Part shown: positions 12,601-20,949 of the stretch, piece after piece
How positions within the stretch are numbered: the first letter of the stretch is position 1
Layout: each line of letters starts with the position of its first letter
From: a virus
Virus record (IMG/VR): IMGVR_UViG_3300042691_015471
Coordinates: 3,498-67,497 of that record
DNA length: 64,000 bases
Direction: 5' to 3' (one strand)
Notes under the pieces: model-generated
Database searches by the model: none
The model's input: only the letters and a program-made list of their open reading frames with translations
Told to the model about the DNA's origin: nothing
Position numbers and translations under genes: made by a program

Positions 12601-15600
12601 GGGGTAATGGCATTTACTTCACTGACAACAGGGAGCAGACTTCTGAGTTTGGGAAGAACACCGTTGAAGGATATCTCAGCATAAAGAATCCTATCACTAG
12701 TTCAAACTATTACAATACAAAGGAGGCTGTAAAAGGTACGAAAGCTTGGAGCAGTGCCACAGCTAGTCAGAGGAAAAGGTGGAATGACGAAGAGCTTGAG
12801 CTTGATTTTGATGATGCATTCCAGGAAGATATAAATCTATTGAATGCTGCTTGGAAGGAGCTCGGTTTTGATGGAATCATATTTGAAGGTAGCAATAGTA
12901 TTGACGGTATTGAATATGTTGCTTTCAATGCAAACCAAATCAAGTCTTCTACAGATAACTCTGGTGCATTCAGCACTACAGATAATAGAATACAAGAGAG
13001 AAGGTCTGCACCCAACGGTAAACCATCCAACCTTAATCCTAAACAATACGAGCAGGTAAGGACATCTGAGTTCAAGAACTGGTTTGGAGACTGGGAGAAT
13101 GATCCTAAAAATGCATCAAAGGTTGTTGATGAGAATGGAGAACCGTTGGTGGTGTATCATAACTCCCTCTTCAACAATATTGAAGAGTTTAAAGGATACG
13201 TTACATACTTTACTGATAACAAAGAATACGCAAAGACATTTAAGGGGATTGAGTTTCCAAATGAGACACAGTATGAAGCGTACCTAAATATTCGTAACCC
13301 GTACAACTCAACTAAACCAATTGCCGATGTACCTGAAGAGGTATTCAGAGAAGGTAAAATTGTAGCGCCAAGACTAGTAAAGAAATTTTTTGGTTCTGCT
13401 ATTGATGGGTTGATAGGTGTTGATGCTGGTCAAACAAAAGGGAAAACATATGTATCATTCAACCCCAACCAAATCAAATCCGCAACAGGTAACTCTGGCG
13501 CATTCAGCACTACAGATAACAGGATACAAGAAAGGAATTCAGCAGGAGTGACTGTATATCATGGTGGAGAAATTAGGAGTGCCAAAGATATAGATAACAG
13601 CATTCCGTTTTTTGTAACGGAGGATAAAACAGAGGCAGGGTACTATGCGAAAGGTAATAGAGGTGAGGTATCTGCATTTAAGATATCTGAGGATACGATA
13701 GCTGATGAAGACTTGGTTTACGATATCCTAAGAAAGTTAGGTTTTTCAGAAAACAAATTGTCTTATAATGTACATGAATTGGTTGACCCAAGGTTTGAAG
13801 AGTCATATATAGGCAAGGGAAATGTAGATAAACTTTTCAGTGAAATTAAGGATGCTGGGTTTAATGCCGTAAGATTTACTGACGCAGGGTTGGGAGCAAA
13901 AAAGTATGTTGAAAATATTGTTTTAGTTGACCCGAAGAATACGATAGCCCAGTTCAAAAACAGTTCAGTAGACCTTCTCAATGAAGGCATCCAGAACAGG
14001 ATGTCTGCAGCACGCATTACAAGTAAGGCTGTAAAGAATATCACAGATGCCATCACCAACCTGGGATATGGTCACCTCCCTGAGGATGTTCGGGAGAAGC
14101 TGAAGAAGAAGCAGCGCCTAATCGATGCAGATCTCAATGAGATGAATGTATTGTCACAGCGTTTGGCTAATGCTGTTAAGGAGGCTTATGGTAAGGACTA
14201 CAAGAAGCTTGACCAGGACACGCTCACTCTACTAGATAGTGCACTCAGAAACTTTGAGGGAATGAACATGAGGGAGAAGGCTGCACAGGCTAGTAAAATT
14301 CCTGATCCGATACTCTCTATATTAGAGCAAATGCGTGCGCAAGTAGATGCTATGTCTCTAAAGCTTATAGACATTGGCGTACTTGATGACAGCCTGGAAC
14401 CTGCGTTCGATGGCGATAAAGGATTAGGTGTTTACCTGACTAGGACATACAGGAAGTATGACGATCCGGAGTGGGTAAACAAAATCCCTGAGCCAGTCCG
14501 TCAGCGTGCCATACAGTACCTGAAGGCAAACAACTTCGTTAGGCAGTTCGATGCTCAAGGGAATGAGATTGATGAGAGGGAGTTAACCGATGCAGAGGTT
14601 GAAGGTTTGGTGAACTACATCGCCACCAACATGCAGCCGGTGATGGAAGGATTGTCTAGTGCGAATATGGGCAAGACCAAGGTGGACATCCTGAAAGGAA
14701 GGAAAGAGATCCCAGAAGAGATTAGGGACTTGATGGGTGAGTACAAAGATCCGATGGTAAACTTTGCCAAGTCAATGGCCAAGATGTCTAGCCTGGTGCA
14801 GACACATCAAACACTTAAGGCGATTGCCGAAGAGAATATGGGAACGCTCTTCTTCGAGCGACCAACCGGAACTCACTATGCTCCTGTGGCAGGTGAGAAC
14901 AAGAACTACCTGCAACCGTTGTCCGGATTATATACCACACCTGAGATTGCAGAAGCATTTGGGAAGGTTCAGTCAAGCATGCAAGGTGACGATGTCAACC
15001 AAAGATTCCTTAGGTTTTTAGCCGGGGTAAACGGTATTGCCAAGGTAGGTAAGACAGCATTGTCCCCTGCATCTTGGGTACGTAACGTAATTGGTGGTCA
15101 CGTCATGATGCTGAAGGACGGCCACATATTTGGCAATGGATATGCGGAAGGATGGAAGAGCGCAATTGGGTACTTCGCCAACAAGAGCAAAGACGATCCT
15201 GCCTTCCAGGCTAAGATCCGTGAGTACATCGAGCAGGGTATCCTGGGAGATGGTGTACAGGGTGGAGAGTTCAAGGCCATCATTAAAGCCGCACAGAAGC
15301 ACGAGAGTCCAGTCGAATGGTTGCAGAGTGATAGCATGCTTGGCAAGGCTGTCAGTGGCGTAAAAGGCTTCTATTCAGCTCAGGATGACATCTTCCGTGT
15401 GTATACATACGAGAATGAAAAGTCTAGGTTGGCTAAGCGCAAACCTAACATGACTGAAGAGCAGCTGCAAGCGGAGGCTTCAAGGAAAGCCAGGGCTACA
15501 TATCCTACCTATTCAGAGCTCCCTGAGATTATCCGTCAGTTGGCCAAGTTTATTCCAATCTCATCTTTCCCCGCATTTTCTGCGGAGCTTATAAGGACTA

Positions 15601-16544
15601 CCAAGAACTCTATTAAGATAGCATTTGAGGAGATCGCAGACCCTGACATGAGGGATGTAGGTTTCAAGCGTTTGGCAGGAGTGATCAGTGCCATTGGTTT
15701 TGGTAGCACCCTGGCCGGACTGAGTGCCATGCTTGTGGGTGTAGGAGATGAGGAAGAGAAGTCTATCAGAAGATACTTCCCAACCTGGAGCAAGAACAGT
15801 CCTGTAGTTTGGTTGGGTCGTGACGATAATGGCATGCCCAAGTATGTTGACCTTGGATTCTCAGATCCATTCTCATACTTCAAGAAGCCTGTGGTTGCAA
15901 TGACTGAGGATGCGCCAATGGGTGACAGAATTAAGAATGCTGTAGGCGAGGTTGCTGCTCCATTCGTATCTCCGGAAATCTTCTTCTCCGCTCTAGCCAA
16001 AGGTACCAAGAAGCTCAAAGAATCGGATGACTTGGATGAGGTGATGGGTAAGTATGCAGGACCGGTGTATGAGGCGCTTGAGCCTGGATTGGTGGCAAGC
16101 ATGAGGAGAATTGGTAAGGGATTGATGGGAGATGTGGACAGGTACGGACAGCAGTACGATCCTAGTCTTGAGCTCCTGGCATTCTTCTCAGGACAGCGTA
16201 TCAAAAAGATGGATGTACCTGTAGGCTTCAGCTTCAAGTCAAGGGATTTTGCCAACACAAAGCGTGACATCATGAGCGGTTACTATACAGAAAAAGCTAA
16301 GACTGTTGGTGATCCTGAGAAGCAAGCTGAGGAATTGGCAGATGCAAATGAGAAGCTAGAAAGATACTTCAACGAGTACAAAAAAGACTACGATGCTGCC
16401 ATGGTTTTGATGACCAGAAATATGACAGCTCGGGAGGCAAAGAAGATTCTGAAGAATACCATGAAGGATAGAAACATCCCTAGTGATTTCATAAAAGCTA
16501 TAGAGAAAGGAACCCAGTACCCTACGATTGAAGATGATAAATGA
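6609..16544 (+). CDS. Giant polyvalent virion protein (zincin HExxH peptidase, HhH-glycosylase-like domain, three ADP-ribosyltransferase-like modules, helical C-terminus)
   Basis: VWHEGAHP at ~9618. GWYD...GPKIG...TMDRWFMR...DLQAVLW at ~10370-11295. Twice FKNWFGDWENDP.N.SKVVDENGEPLVV(F/Y)H...NQIKS, plus a third VYHGG module. Confidence 0.75.
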   Translation: MPDPILDLILRRKAAKGKLNNQSSQTVTMMSPAISDDESSQTKLDLFDIDRKISMLGYNPNDAEQKLGDLPDNTPDFLVHDLLNIENPVDLIRKKAAIKWQAPLVKSVESILDPALRSKAMEEFDYIYKGITGAKGEKSNYYQNAISSTKAAVDIINKYNGSGDKDEMLENLRINSEYGLAQSLMQDPSAQQRWADIGLNPIQGIALDIKELFSPEGKGYKEQVVKKAVLPEAISEQNFKKAQLEREGISILGKEIDYLLESKSGAVKKADEFYKQNEGKLAELGELIKKDSKLSEEMKQNLTGFHTEYKQAIEGKDGDVFISPYNFDVLKAKVEDKTANASEVREYNNRVGKLNQIVSKYKGDFDAAKENNVEQNSAVREYNKIVNKIQESYQSVKDTGKLSAWAEYLAKQKGTLGERYPEYKQQELEGLVKDIAGDNVGLGKKTVFRYANSIGAETVDAIRKVWNNLTIWDGDKLRDVEMGDAYRRRIEDVIMGYETGTQMVKDERTVIPVVQKDIQDELNKIKNSNLSEEEKYQQNYKIVSKAFDDKKVQYVANPKYGKYNITADSVLNTVSSMSAQFVGQMVQTYLGGGFGNVSKARRLLTRGSTVFGQVFGREYDLAVQRGDSNPFEQASTKAGIEMLSEFVFDDVEFVKKMSPAFARIAGDMSQAEWKMLTSGKIKSNIGREIASSLEALFKEGTVEEGLAQLGGNFADKYMFGKDNDITEGLDVAVLAGTIGFAPMALIGLPLKYRSANMSDKLMMYQAGYKADQVIEELNRQVGYGAITAEEAKQRIEAVKTMKEVVGGMSMYDANGKPLTDNQKAQYAWNEYTKIKAKNIENLPEQQRQEVEQVAAEADQSSSNILNGTDNATYESTRPMQGMPAEGGSVQPQATVEGQQEEGQATQPTANVGYSDGSGQEVDIAEVPQGLTAIATKVIGDAINTAKSLVKTGIKVRVFQNQEDFERESAKLGQQARGQGVFMSDGKQVLINLSKINEVKDWGIVWHEGAHPVMNILRNTNTPLYDKMAKGFTALAKQGGVFAQVAKWAKGDYNGAASDVQTDEAMVETISLLGDGRIKLADIPTSFRQQVIDFVNQVADFLGLGQMSDTSERVFIQKASQIAGALRSGESIESVVGAENVGMTQNPFAQKRDQITSQLRDRSSFDFLQGDALSVQSENPNNIYNAIKFADESGFDKNIDFKLALQERFNTHLKELKKAYGKDFEPLQYNEAVKKFYVDAIREEAKKGIQDHPEAIGWYDEKTRNALSIISLIHPEIATNIDDRAAFILPLAITSNGNLVDKNFEYALDQYEYFKANKRYNAKGEFGAQQSGIIASLNLMNAILDAGISMEDLTDYFTTMHKAGNLKFKIKSGGKSKDVDLSGGELVDEDVFGASILGPKIGNGFYMNLWGEFNQLTMDRWFMRTWGRLGGTLIDYDKGLVNENKKRLSDALSAIKSDPESKKILKDVVGSTSGMSVTDLANTIKKISADKVSRSKLTNNPLTNELRKASNTLVGNMLGEVELPRHGTERKFIREVFRDVQKKLKLEDNIDITIADLQAVLWYPEKILYDSFQKNKTFEQNAARYQEGSAPDYQNAAADLARGRGYTDVQIQDSIRRGQSVRFSDTRGDAGISQADRTQNKERIFGVVKDFKSKNEVSQERNSSVFAAPFYDLSLRDQPGNFTTKADEARGTEAYQQYENDIKEVAQLLGINLEDVENLIGGFENEQGKKIVEVAAKSNIEVDDFNKAIQFAAILGAIAPETQESTIAARYVEDDTPDHNADEYVIQVSDPDLAIQALTDIGVYNFSVNEKTNEVTLLNIFAYPTENIKGIVNNFASKLNEYGVEYTPATKSAIQSEYIDYNRRQDIISNISGDAVYGQAGQRLRDVIANARQRNEQFIKQKQGQQRRSAAVTAEMDSIVADAKANGTYLKAPNGNDTKLTPDQWATTRTQNFKNWFGDWENDPANSSKVVDENGEPLVVFHGTDNTFDTFVPSTAQGWGNGIYFTDNREQTSEFGKNTVEGYLSIKNPITSSNYYNTKEAVKGTKAWSSATASQRKRWNDEELELDFDDAFQEDINLLNAAWKELGFDGIIFEGSNSIDGIEYVAFNANQIKSSTDNSGAFSTTDNRIQERRSAPNGKPSNLNPKQYEQVRTSEFKNWFGDWENDPKNASKVVDENGEPLVVYHNSLFNNIEEFKGYVTYFTDNKEYAKTFKGIEFPNETQYEAYLNIRNPYNSTKPIADVPEEVFREGKIVAPRLVKKFFGSAIDGLIGVDAGQTKGKTYVSFNPNQIKSATGNSGAFSTTDNRIQERNSAGVTVYHGGEIRSAKDIDNSIPFFVTEDKTEAGYYAKGNRGEVSAFKISEDTIADEDLVYDILRKLGFSENKLSYNVHELVDPRFEESYIGKGNVDKLFSEIKDAGFNAVRFTDAGLGAKKYVENIVLVDPKNTIAQFKNSSVDLLNEGIQNRMSAARITSKAVKNITDAITNLGYGHLPEDVREKLKKKQRLIDADLNEMNVLSQRLANAVKEAYGKDYKKLDQDTLTLLDSALRNFEGMNMREKAAQASKIPDPILSILEQMRAQVDAMSLKLIDIGVLDDSLEPAFDGDKGLGVYLTRTYRKYDDPEWVNKIPEPVRQRAIQYLKANNFVRQFDAQGNEIDERELTDAEVEGLVNYIATNMQPVMEGLSSANMGKTKVDILKGRKEIPEEIRDLMGEYKDPMVNFAKSMAKMSSLVQTHQTLKAIAEENMGTLFFERPTGTHYAPVAGENKNYLQPLSGLYTTPEIAEAFGKVQSSMQGDDVNQRFLRFLAGVNGIAKVGKTALSPASWVRNVIGGHVMMLKDGHIFGNGYAEGWKSAIGYFANKSKDDPAFQAKIREYIEQGILGDGVQGGEFKAIIKAAQKHESPVEWLQSDSMLGKAVSGVKGFYSAQDDIFRVYTYENEKSRLAKRKPNMTEEQLQAEASRKARATYPTYSELPEIIRQLAKFIPISSFPAFSAELIRTTKNSIKIAFEEIADPDMRDVGFKRLAGVISAIGFGSTLAGLSAMLVGVGDEEEKSIRRYFPTWSKNSPVVWLGRDDNGMPKYVDLGFSDPFSYFKKPVVAMTEDAPMGDRIKNAVGEVAAPFVSPEIFFSALAKGTKKLKESDDLDEVMGKYAGPVYEALEPGLVASMRRIGKGLMGDVDRYGQQYDPSLELLAFFSGQRIKKMDVPVGFSFKSRDFANTKRDIMSGYYTEKAKTVGDPEKQAEELADANEKLERYFNEYKKDYDAAMVLMTRNMTAREAKKILKNTMKDRNIPSDFIKAIEKGTQYPTIEDDK

Positions 16545-16974
16545 CGCAGGCAAAGAGCTGATTAAATCCTATGAAGGCCTCCGGTTGAAGAGTTATAAAT
16601 GCTCAGCCGGAAAGGACAGCATAGGCTTTGGCAATACCTTCTACGAGGATGGCAGGCCGGTTAAACCTGGCGACACCATCACCTTAGAGCGTGCCCACAA
16701 GCTGTTTGACTTCATCATTGCAAAGTTCTCCAACAAGGTTTCCAATCTAGTCAAGACAGAGATAACAGATAACCAAAAATCTGCACTTGTAAGCTTTGCC
16801 TACAACTGTGGTATAACGAACCTTATGAACTCCACCCTACTGAAGAAGGTGAATGCTGATCCATCAGACCCATCCATTGCGGATGAGTTTAAGAAGTGGA
16901 CTAAGGCAGGAGGTAAGTCGTTGCCGGGTTTGGTAAAGAGAAGAGAGGCAGAAGCTAAACTATACTTCACATGA
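16534..16974 (+). CDS. Glycoside hydrolase family 24 lysozyme
   Basis: YEGLRLKSYKCSAG...IGFGNT, ALVSFAYNCG, GLVKRREAEAKLY. Confidence 0.9.
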   Translation: MINDAGKELIKSYEGLRLKSYKCSAGKDSIGFGNTFYEDGRPVKPGDTITLERAHKLFDFIIAKFSNKVSNLVKTEITDNQKSALVSFAYNCGITNLMNSTLLKKVNADPSDPSIADEFKKWTKAGGKSLPGLVKRREAEAKLYFT

Positions 16975-18212
16975 GTTTTTACCAATTGTTTTCAGACGAG
17001 CCTAAGGATAAGGTCAGTGTACTGAATAAGCAAAAGCAGATGACCATCGACTCCCAGAACATGTCATTTGAGGAGTGGAGTAAGAAGTGGGGTGGAATGG
17101 ACGAGGAAGATACTAGGGCATTCATGCCGGGTCGTGTGTACGAGGGCAAGGAAACGTATAAGATATTCCAAAGCAATGACCCTAAGGTATTCGATCAGCG
17201 TATTGGCGTTGAGCAGAAGCGCATTGAGAGGGTAAAGAAAGAGGATGAAATGCTGACCACAGATGCAGCACAGAAGGCAGGCTTCCTGAAAACGTATATG
17301 CAGAACAAGTCAACCCTCGACAGGCTCAACACAGAGATACCTACCAAGTATAATTACACACCTGGCGAAGACCTCAATCCTGTGTCCTATATAAGGGCAG
17401 GTATGATTAAGGAGGCAGAGGAGCGCATCAAGAACAAGCAGGGTATAGGATTGACAGGTGACGAGAAGAATGAGAATGTATGTATCAGGGGTGTGTGTAC
17501 GCTCGCTGCCAACCAGGGTGTAGACTTTAAAAAAGGTTTTGGGCAGTACAAAGATGGAATGGGTATAGACATTGATGAGACGGGTCGTGTGATACCACAG
17601 TTCAATCAGTACTGGTCAAAGGATTACGCAAATGCAGGTTTTGAAAAGTTGCCCAAAGGTGAGAGGCCTAAGCCTGGAGACTTCGCACAGTACTATAACA
17701 AGGAAGGTATTGCCAAGCACATGGAGATGGTGTTAGCTGATAAGGGTAACAACCTTGAGACATTCAATAACTATGAGTTGTACAATACCTATGGTCCTGT
17801 TCAGAGATATGAGCCGGTAAAAAATACAGGAAGAAGTGTGAGGGCTGTAGGTAATACTATCAATTCAATGATGAGTAATAATTGGGGAACAACGGTTGAC
17901 GATACTGAATACTACAGACTGAGTGCTGATGCAGCAGCTGCAGCTTTAGCTAAGAATCAAGGCTACCAAACCAAGGTAAAAGGCAAGCAGGCGTTTGAAT
18001 CCTCTGAGGATTTCAAGCTCCTTGAGAATACCAGCAAGTTTATGCAGCAGAACAAGGATGTCAATATCCTTGGCGATGACCAAGGACTGGTGCAGGACAT
18101 AATCAAAGGAGTCAGTTCGGGGGGAAAGTATGAGGATGTACTAAAGAGTGTAGTACCCAAGGCTAAGAATGCCAAGCTTGTAGAAAGAGTAATCAAAAAT
18201 CTATACCAATGA
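16971..18212 (+). CDS. Hypothetical protein with probable NlpC/P60-CHAP-like Cys-His domain
   Basis: NVCIRGVC...PKPGD...AKHMEMV spacing resembles CHAP/NlpC catalytic motifs. Confidence 0.5.
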   Translation: MSFYQLFSDEPKDKVSVLNKQKQMTIDSQNMSFEEWSKKWGGMDEEDTRAFMPGRVYEGKETYKIFQSNDPKVFDQRIGVEQKRIERVKKEDEMLTTDAAQKAGFLKTYMQNKSTLDRLNTEIPTKYNYTPGEDLNPVSYIRAGMIKEAEERIKNKQGIGLTGDEKNENVCIRGVCTLAANQGVDFKKGFGQYKDGMGIDIDETGRVIPQFNQYWSKDYANAGFEKLPKGERPKPGDFAQYYNKEGIAKHMEMVLADKGNNLETFNNYELYNTYGPVQRYEPVKNTGRSVRAVGNTINSMMSNNWGTTVDDTEYYRLSADAAAAALAKNQGYQTKVKGKQAFESSEDFKLLENTSKFMQQNKDVNILGDDQGLVQDIIKGVSSGGKYEDVLKSVVPKAKNAKLVERVIKNLYQ

Positions 18213-18469
18213 AAAAGTTCTTAGCGAATTTATTTAACGACACAAACAGCATCAACGAGAAGACGGTGATAGGGATAGCAGCATTCCTAGTAATGCTTGT
18301 GTATTCTATCGTAGACGTAGTCACAGGTGCCATAGGTAAAGACCTTGTCATCAACGAGAGAGTCTACACATCATTTGAGACAATTGTATTGGGTTCATTC
18401 CTAATATCAGCAGGAGAAAAAATAACTAAAATAATCAGAAACAATGGCGAAGAATCAGGAGTCGAGTAA
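18209..18469 (+). CDS. Holin-like membrane protein
   Basis: Two hydrophobic segments; lies in the lysis cassette. Confidence 0.55.
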   Translation: MKKFLANLFNDTNSINEKTVIGIAAFLVMLVYSIVDVVTGAIGKDLVINERVYTSFETIVLGSFLISAGEKITKIIRNNGEESGVE

Positions 18470-18559
18470 GATTTCGTTTGGCAAGAGAAGAAGAGGAAAG
18501 GGTCAGAAGAGAAGAGGACCCAAGGATAAAAAGATTTCTAACTATAAAGGACAAGGACG

Positions 18560-18745
18560 ATGAAAAATGTAATCAGCTTTATTGGGTCTCTATTGGTGAT
18601 GGCAATTGCACTTGCCATATTTATCATGCTTATGGAAAGAGAAATGCCACAGTCAAACAGGGAACTGTTGATTGCATTTGTGTCTGTATTGTTTGGTGCC
18701 ATGGCTTCTTCAATAAAGAAAATTACAGGAGAAGATGAAAGGTAG
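18560..18745 (+). CDS. Small two-TM membrane protein (holin-like)
   Basis: Two hydrophobic helices with a charged tail. Confidence 0.55.
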   Translation: MKNVISFIGSLLVMAIALAIFIMLMEREMPQSNRELLIAFVSVLFGAMASSIKKITGEDER

Positions 18746-18968
18746 AGAGATGGCAACCATACTCAGCGGTGTTGTTGCCTTACTTCTGTTTGCAATGTGG
18801 ATGTTCCATCACCAGTCAGAAGTGGACAGGATCAACCTGATCAGACAGGACATTGTCAACGATTCAATCATTATGAGCGATCATGCTAACATGATGAAAG
18901 CTGACAGCGCCCTGAATAAAAAACTTAAGAATCACGAATACCGTATCAAAAAACTTGAAAACAAATGA
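18735..18968 (+). CDS. Single-TM coiled-coil protein (lysis accessory)
   Basis: N-terminal TM segment; C-terminal HEYRIKKLE coiled coil. Confidence 0.45.
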   Translation: MKGREMATILSGVVALLLFAMWMFHHQSEVDRINLIRQDIVNDSIIMSDHANMMKADSALNKKLKNHEYRIKKLENK

Positions 18969-19435
18969 AACTATCAGAACACCTAGACCTGTCAGAAGTA
19001 GTACGTAGTGAATCTGCAAAGCGCAGAGGTATCAGAAACATGCCCACAGCAGAACATATTGCCAACTTCAAACTGTTGGCAGAAAAAGTATTTGAACCTA
19101 TACGTAATCATTTCAGATGCCCAATACATATCTCATCCGGTTACAGGAGCAAAGAGTTAAACGCAGCAATCGGAGGATCCGCAACAAGTCAGCACTGCTC
19201 GGGGGAAGCCATCGACATAGACATGGACGGATCTCCAAACGGTGTGACCAACGCTGACGTATTCAACTTCATAAAAGACAACCTAGTCTTTGATCAGATG
19301 ATCTGGGAATTTGGTGATAGTAAGAACCCTGATTGGGTACATGTATCATACGAATCCACAGGTAAGCAGCGCAAGCAGATCCTAAGGGCAAGTCGTGTGA
19401 ACGGTAAAACAGTGTACACTCCTTATGGAAAATAA
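18965..19435 (+). CDS. Peptidase M15A endolysin
   Basis: SSGYRS..LN..IGGS.TSQHC.GEAIDID...WVHVS zinc-binding motifs. Confidence 0.9.
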   Translation: MKLSEHLDLSEVVRSESAKRRGIRNMPTAEHIANFKLLAEKVFEPIRNHFRCPIHISSGYRSKELNAAIGGSATSQHCSGEAIDIDMDGSPNGVTNADVFNFIKDNLVFDQMIWEFGDSKNPDWVHVSYESTGKQRKQILRASRVNGKTVYTPYGK

Positions 19436-19691
19436 ATTCTCCATCTCAGAGAACTGGTCGCTGATTGCTGGCGTACTGACGGTTTCGTTTGTAGCCGGGG
19501 GAGTGGTGTCTGAGTTCAGACTGATGAGAGCTGAGATAGAGGAGCTGAAGAAGGAAACTGCAATAAAGATTCAGCAGATCCAGGACAAGGATGACAGGAA
19601 GAAGCTATGGCTGGAGGAGCAAGAGCAGAGGATTGATGACCTGGAAGAGTGGAAGAGTTTTGTGGAAGGGTCAAAGATTCTCGACAAGTAG
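19425..19691 (+). CDS. Single-TM coiled-coil protein
   Basis: TM segment followed by a charged heptad region. Confidence 0.5.
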   Translation: MENKFSISENWSLIAGVLTVSFVAGGVVSEFRLMRAEIEELKKETAIKIQQIQDKDDRKKLWLEEQEQRIDDLEEWKSFVEGSKILDK

Positions 19692-19931
19692 CTTTATCTG
19701 CAACAGCAGGTCTACTACTTTGGTAGCACCATCAGTCAGACCATACACAACGTGTTCGCCATCTGACTTCCTGATCAGTCCATCCCTTTCTAATTCCTTT
19801 AGGCTTTTGGTAAGCATGTTTCCGCTGACACCTGGAAGAAGCTGCTTGATTTTGTTGAATCTAGCAGGCTTATCCCTTAGTATCATAAGGATAACAGGCT
19901 TCCACTTTCCACCAATTTTCTTTCTGTACAA
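19671..19931 (-). CDS. HxlR-family winged-helix regulator (start uncertain)
   Basis: IGGKWKPVIL...RFNKIK..LPGVSGNMLTKSLKELE.DGLI...YGLT. Confidence 0.85.
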   Translation of the reverse strand: MYRKKIGGKWKPVILMILRDKPARFNKIKQLLPGVSGNMLTKSLKELERDGLIRKSDGEHVVYGLTDGATKVVDLLLQIKLLVENL

Positions 19932-20095
19932 TCCTAGTATGTTTGAGTCAATCTTTCTGATGCCAAAAATTAGATAAACCTTTTACTTTATTGCGTAAGG
20001 TTGTGAGAAACAGGTTAGTTTTTTCTAACCTAAACTATGTCCATAGCTGTTCGTGTGTCTCTCTATAATAGATATTTGATCCACAAACAAAATCT

Positions 20096-20410
20096 ATGGC
20101 AATTAAGAAAACAGTAACCAAACTTCCCGTAGGAAGGTCCGTACGTGTTGAGTCGGGCGATGTATTCATTATTCAGAAAGACATACCTCTGTCAGGGTTT
20201 AGGTCTATAGGCGCAAGTCTTAGGTATCCGTTCTCTGCTATGGCAGCAGGAGAATCATTTGAGATGAAGTCTCCTAAGGCTGAGGTAAAGAAAGCGGTAT
20301 CCAGAGCAAGCGCTGCATGCGTAAGCTATGTAAAGAAAAACAACAAGTCCGCCAAGTTTACCGTCAGGAGGACGGGACCGGACACGATAAGGGTCTGGAG
20401 AATCAAGTAG
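20096..20410 (+). CDS. Small basic, probable DNA-binding phage protein
   Basis: YPFSAMAAGESF...FTVR...IRVWRI pattern; Lys/Arg-rich. Confidence 0.55.
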   Translation: MAIKKTVTKLPVGRSVRVESGDVFIIQKDIPLSGFRSIGASLRYPFSAMAAGESFEMKSPKAEVKKAVSRASAACVSYVKKNNKSAKFTVRRTGPDTIRVWRIK

Positions 20411-20416
20411 CAAATG

Positions 20417-20437
20417 CCCCCGAGCTCGGGGGTTTTT
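20417..20437 (+). terminator. Perfect palindrome CCCCCGAGCTCGGGGG followed by a T-tract, between convergent genes
   Basis: 16-bp palindrome plus TTTTT, 6 nt after the stop at 20410. Confidence 0.7.
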
Positions 20438-20720
20438 AGTTTATGTACTCATCCACTACCACGCTGTGCTCCTCTAGGATTTCGTGTATCCTATCGAAGA
20501 CAAGTTCAACCACCTCCCAGTCCTCCAGCTTCTTGCCTTCCATCTGTTTCCCCTCCAGTCCGTACAGGATTCCCTTCTTGGTGTTATGTACAATCTCCCA
20601 CAGCGCCATAGCTATGTCTAGGGATTTGGTGCACCTGAGGTGTGCCATCCTATCATCGAAATCATCCAGGTTAAATTCAAGTATTGCTTTCATATGTATT
20701 TTTATAATATGTTTCTGCAT
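20436..20720 (-). CDS. Hypothetical phage protein
   Basis: MKAILEFNL...; likely start ~20693. Confidence 0.55.
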   Translation of the reverse strand: MQKHIIKIHMKAILEFNLDDFDDRMAHLRCTKSLDIAMALWEIVHNTKKGILYGLEGKQMEGKKLEDWEVVELVFDRIHEILEEHSVVVDEYIN

Positions 20721-20949
20721 CAGTATTCTTGCAGATGCCTGACTTAATTCTTTTGATAGCGTCTACGGGACCGGGCATTGGTATCCTTTCGTTTATGATC
20801 ATGATGACATTCTCCTTTCCATCTAAATGGGCATCCATGATCTGATACTTGTACATTTGGTTTGCCTTTTCTATGGTCTCAGCTACGTGTTCAAATTCCA
20901 TTAGTGCATCCAGGTTCAGTGCTTTTACTAAGTATTGTACTGCTGTCAT
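20677..20949 (-). CDS. Hypothetical phage protein (TAV..L...YY..TY type)
   Basis: Shares a pattern with 30339-30650. Confidence 0.55.
   Translation of the reverse strand: MTAVQYLVKALNLDALMEFEHVAETIEKANQMYKYQIMDAHLDGKENVIMIINERIPMPGPVDAIKRIKSGICKNTDAETYYKNTYESNT

Noticed and set aside
15536-16273. 245-aa antisense ORF in the giant gene (and similar ones at 27947-28546 and 59006-59695)
   Set aside because: Antisense shadows of real genes with no independent signals.
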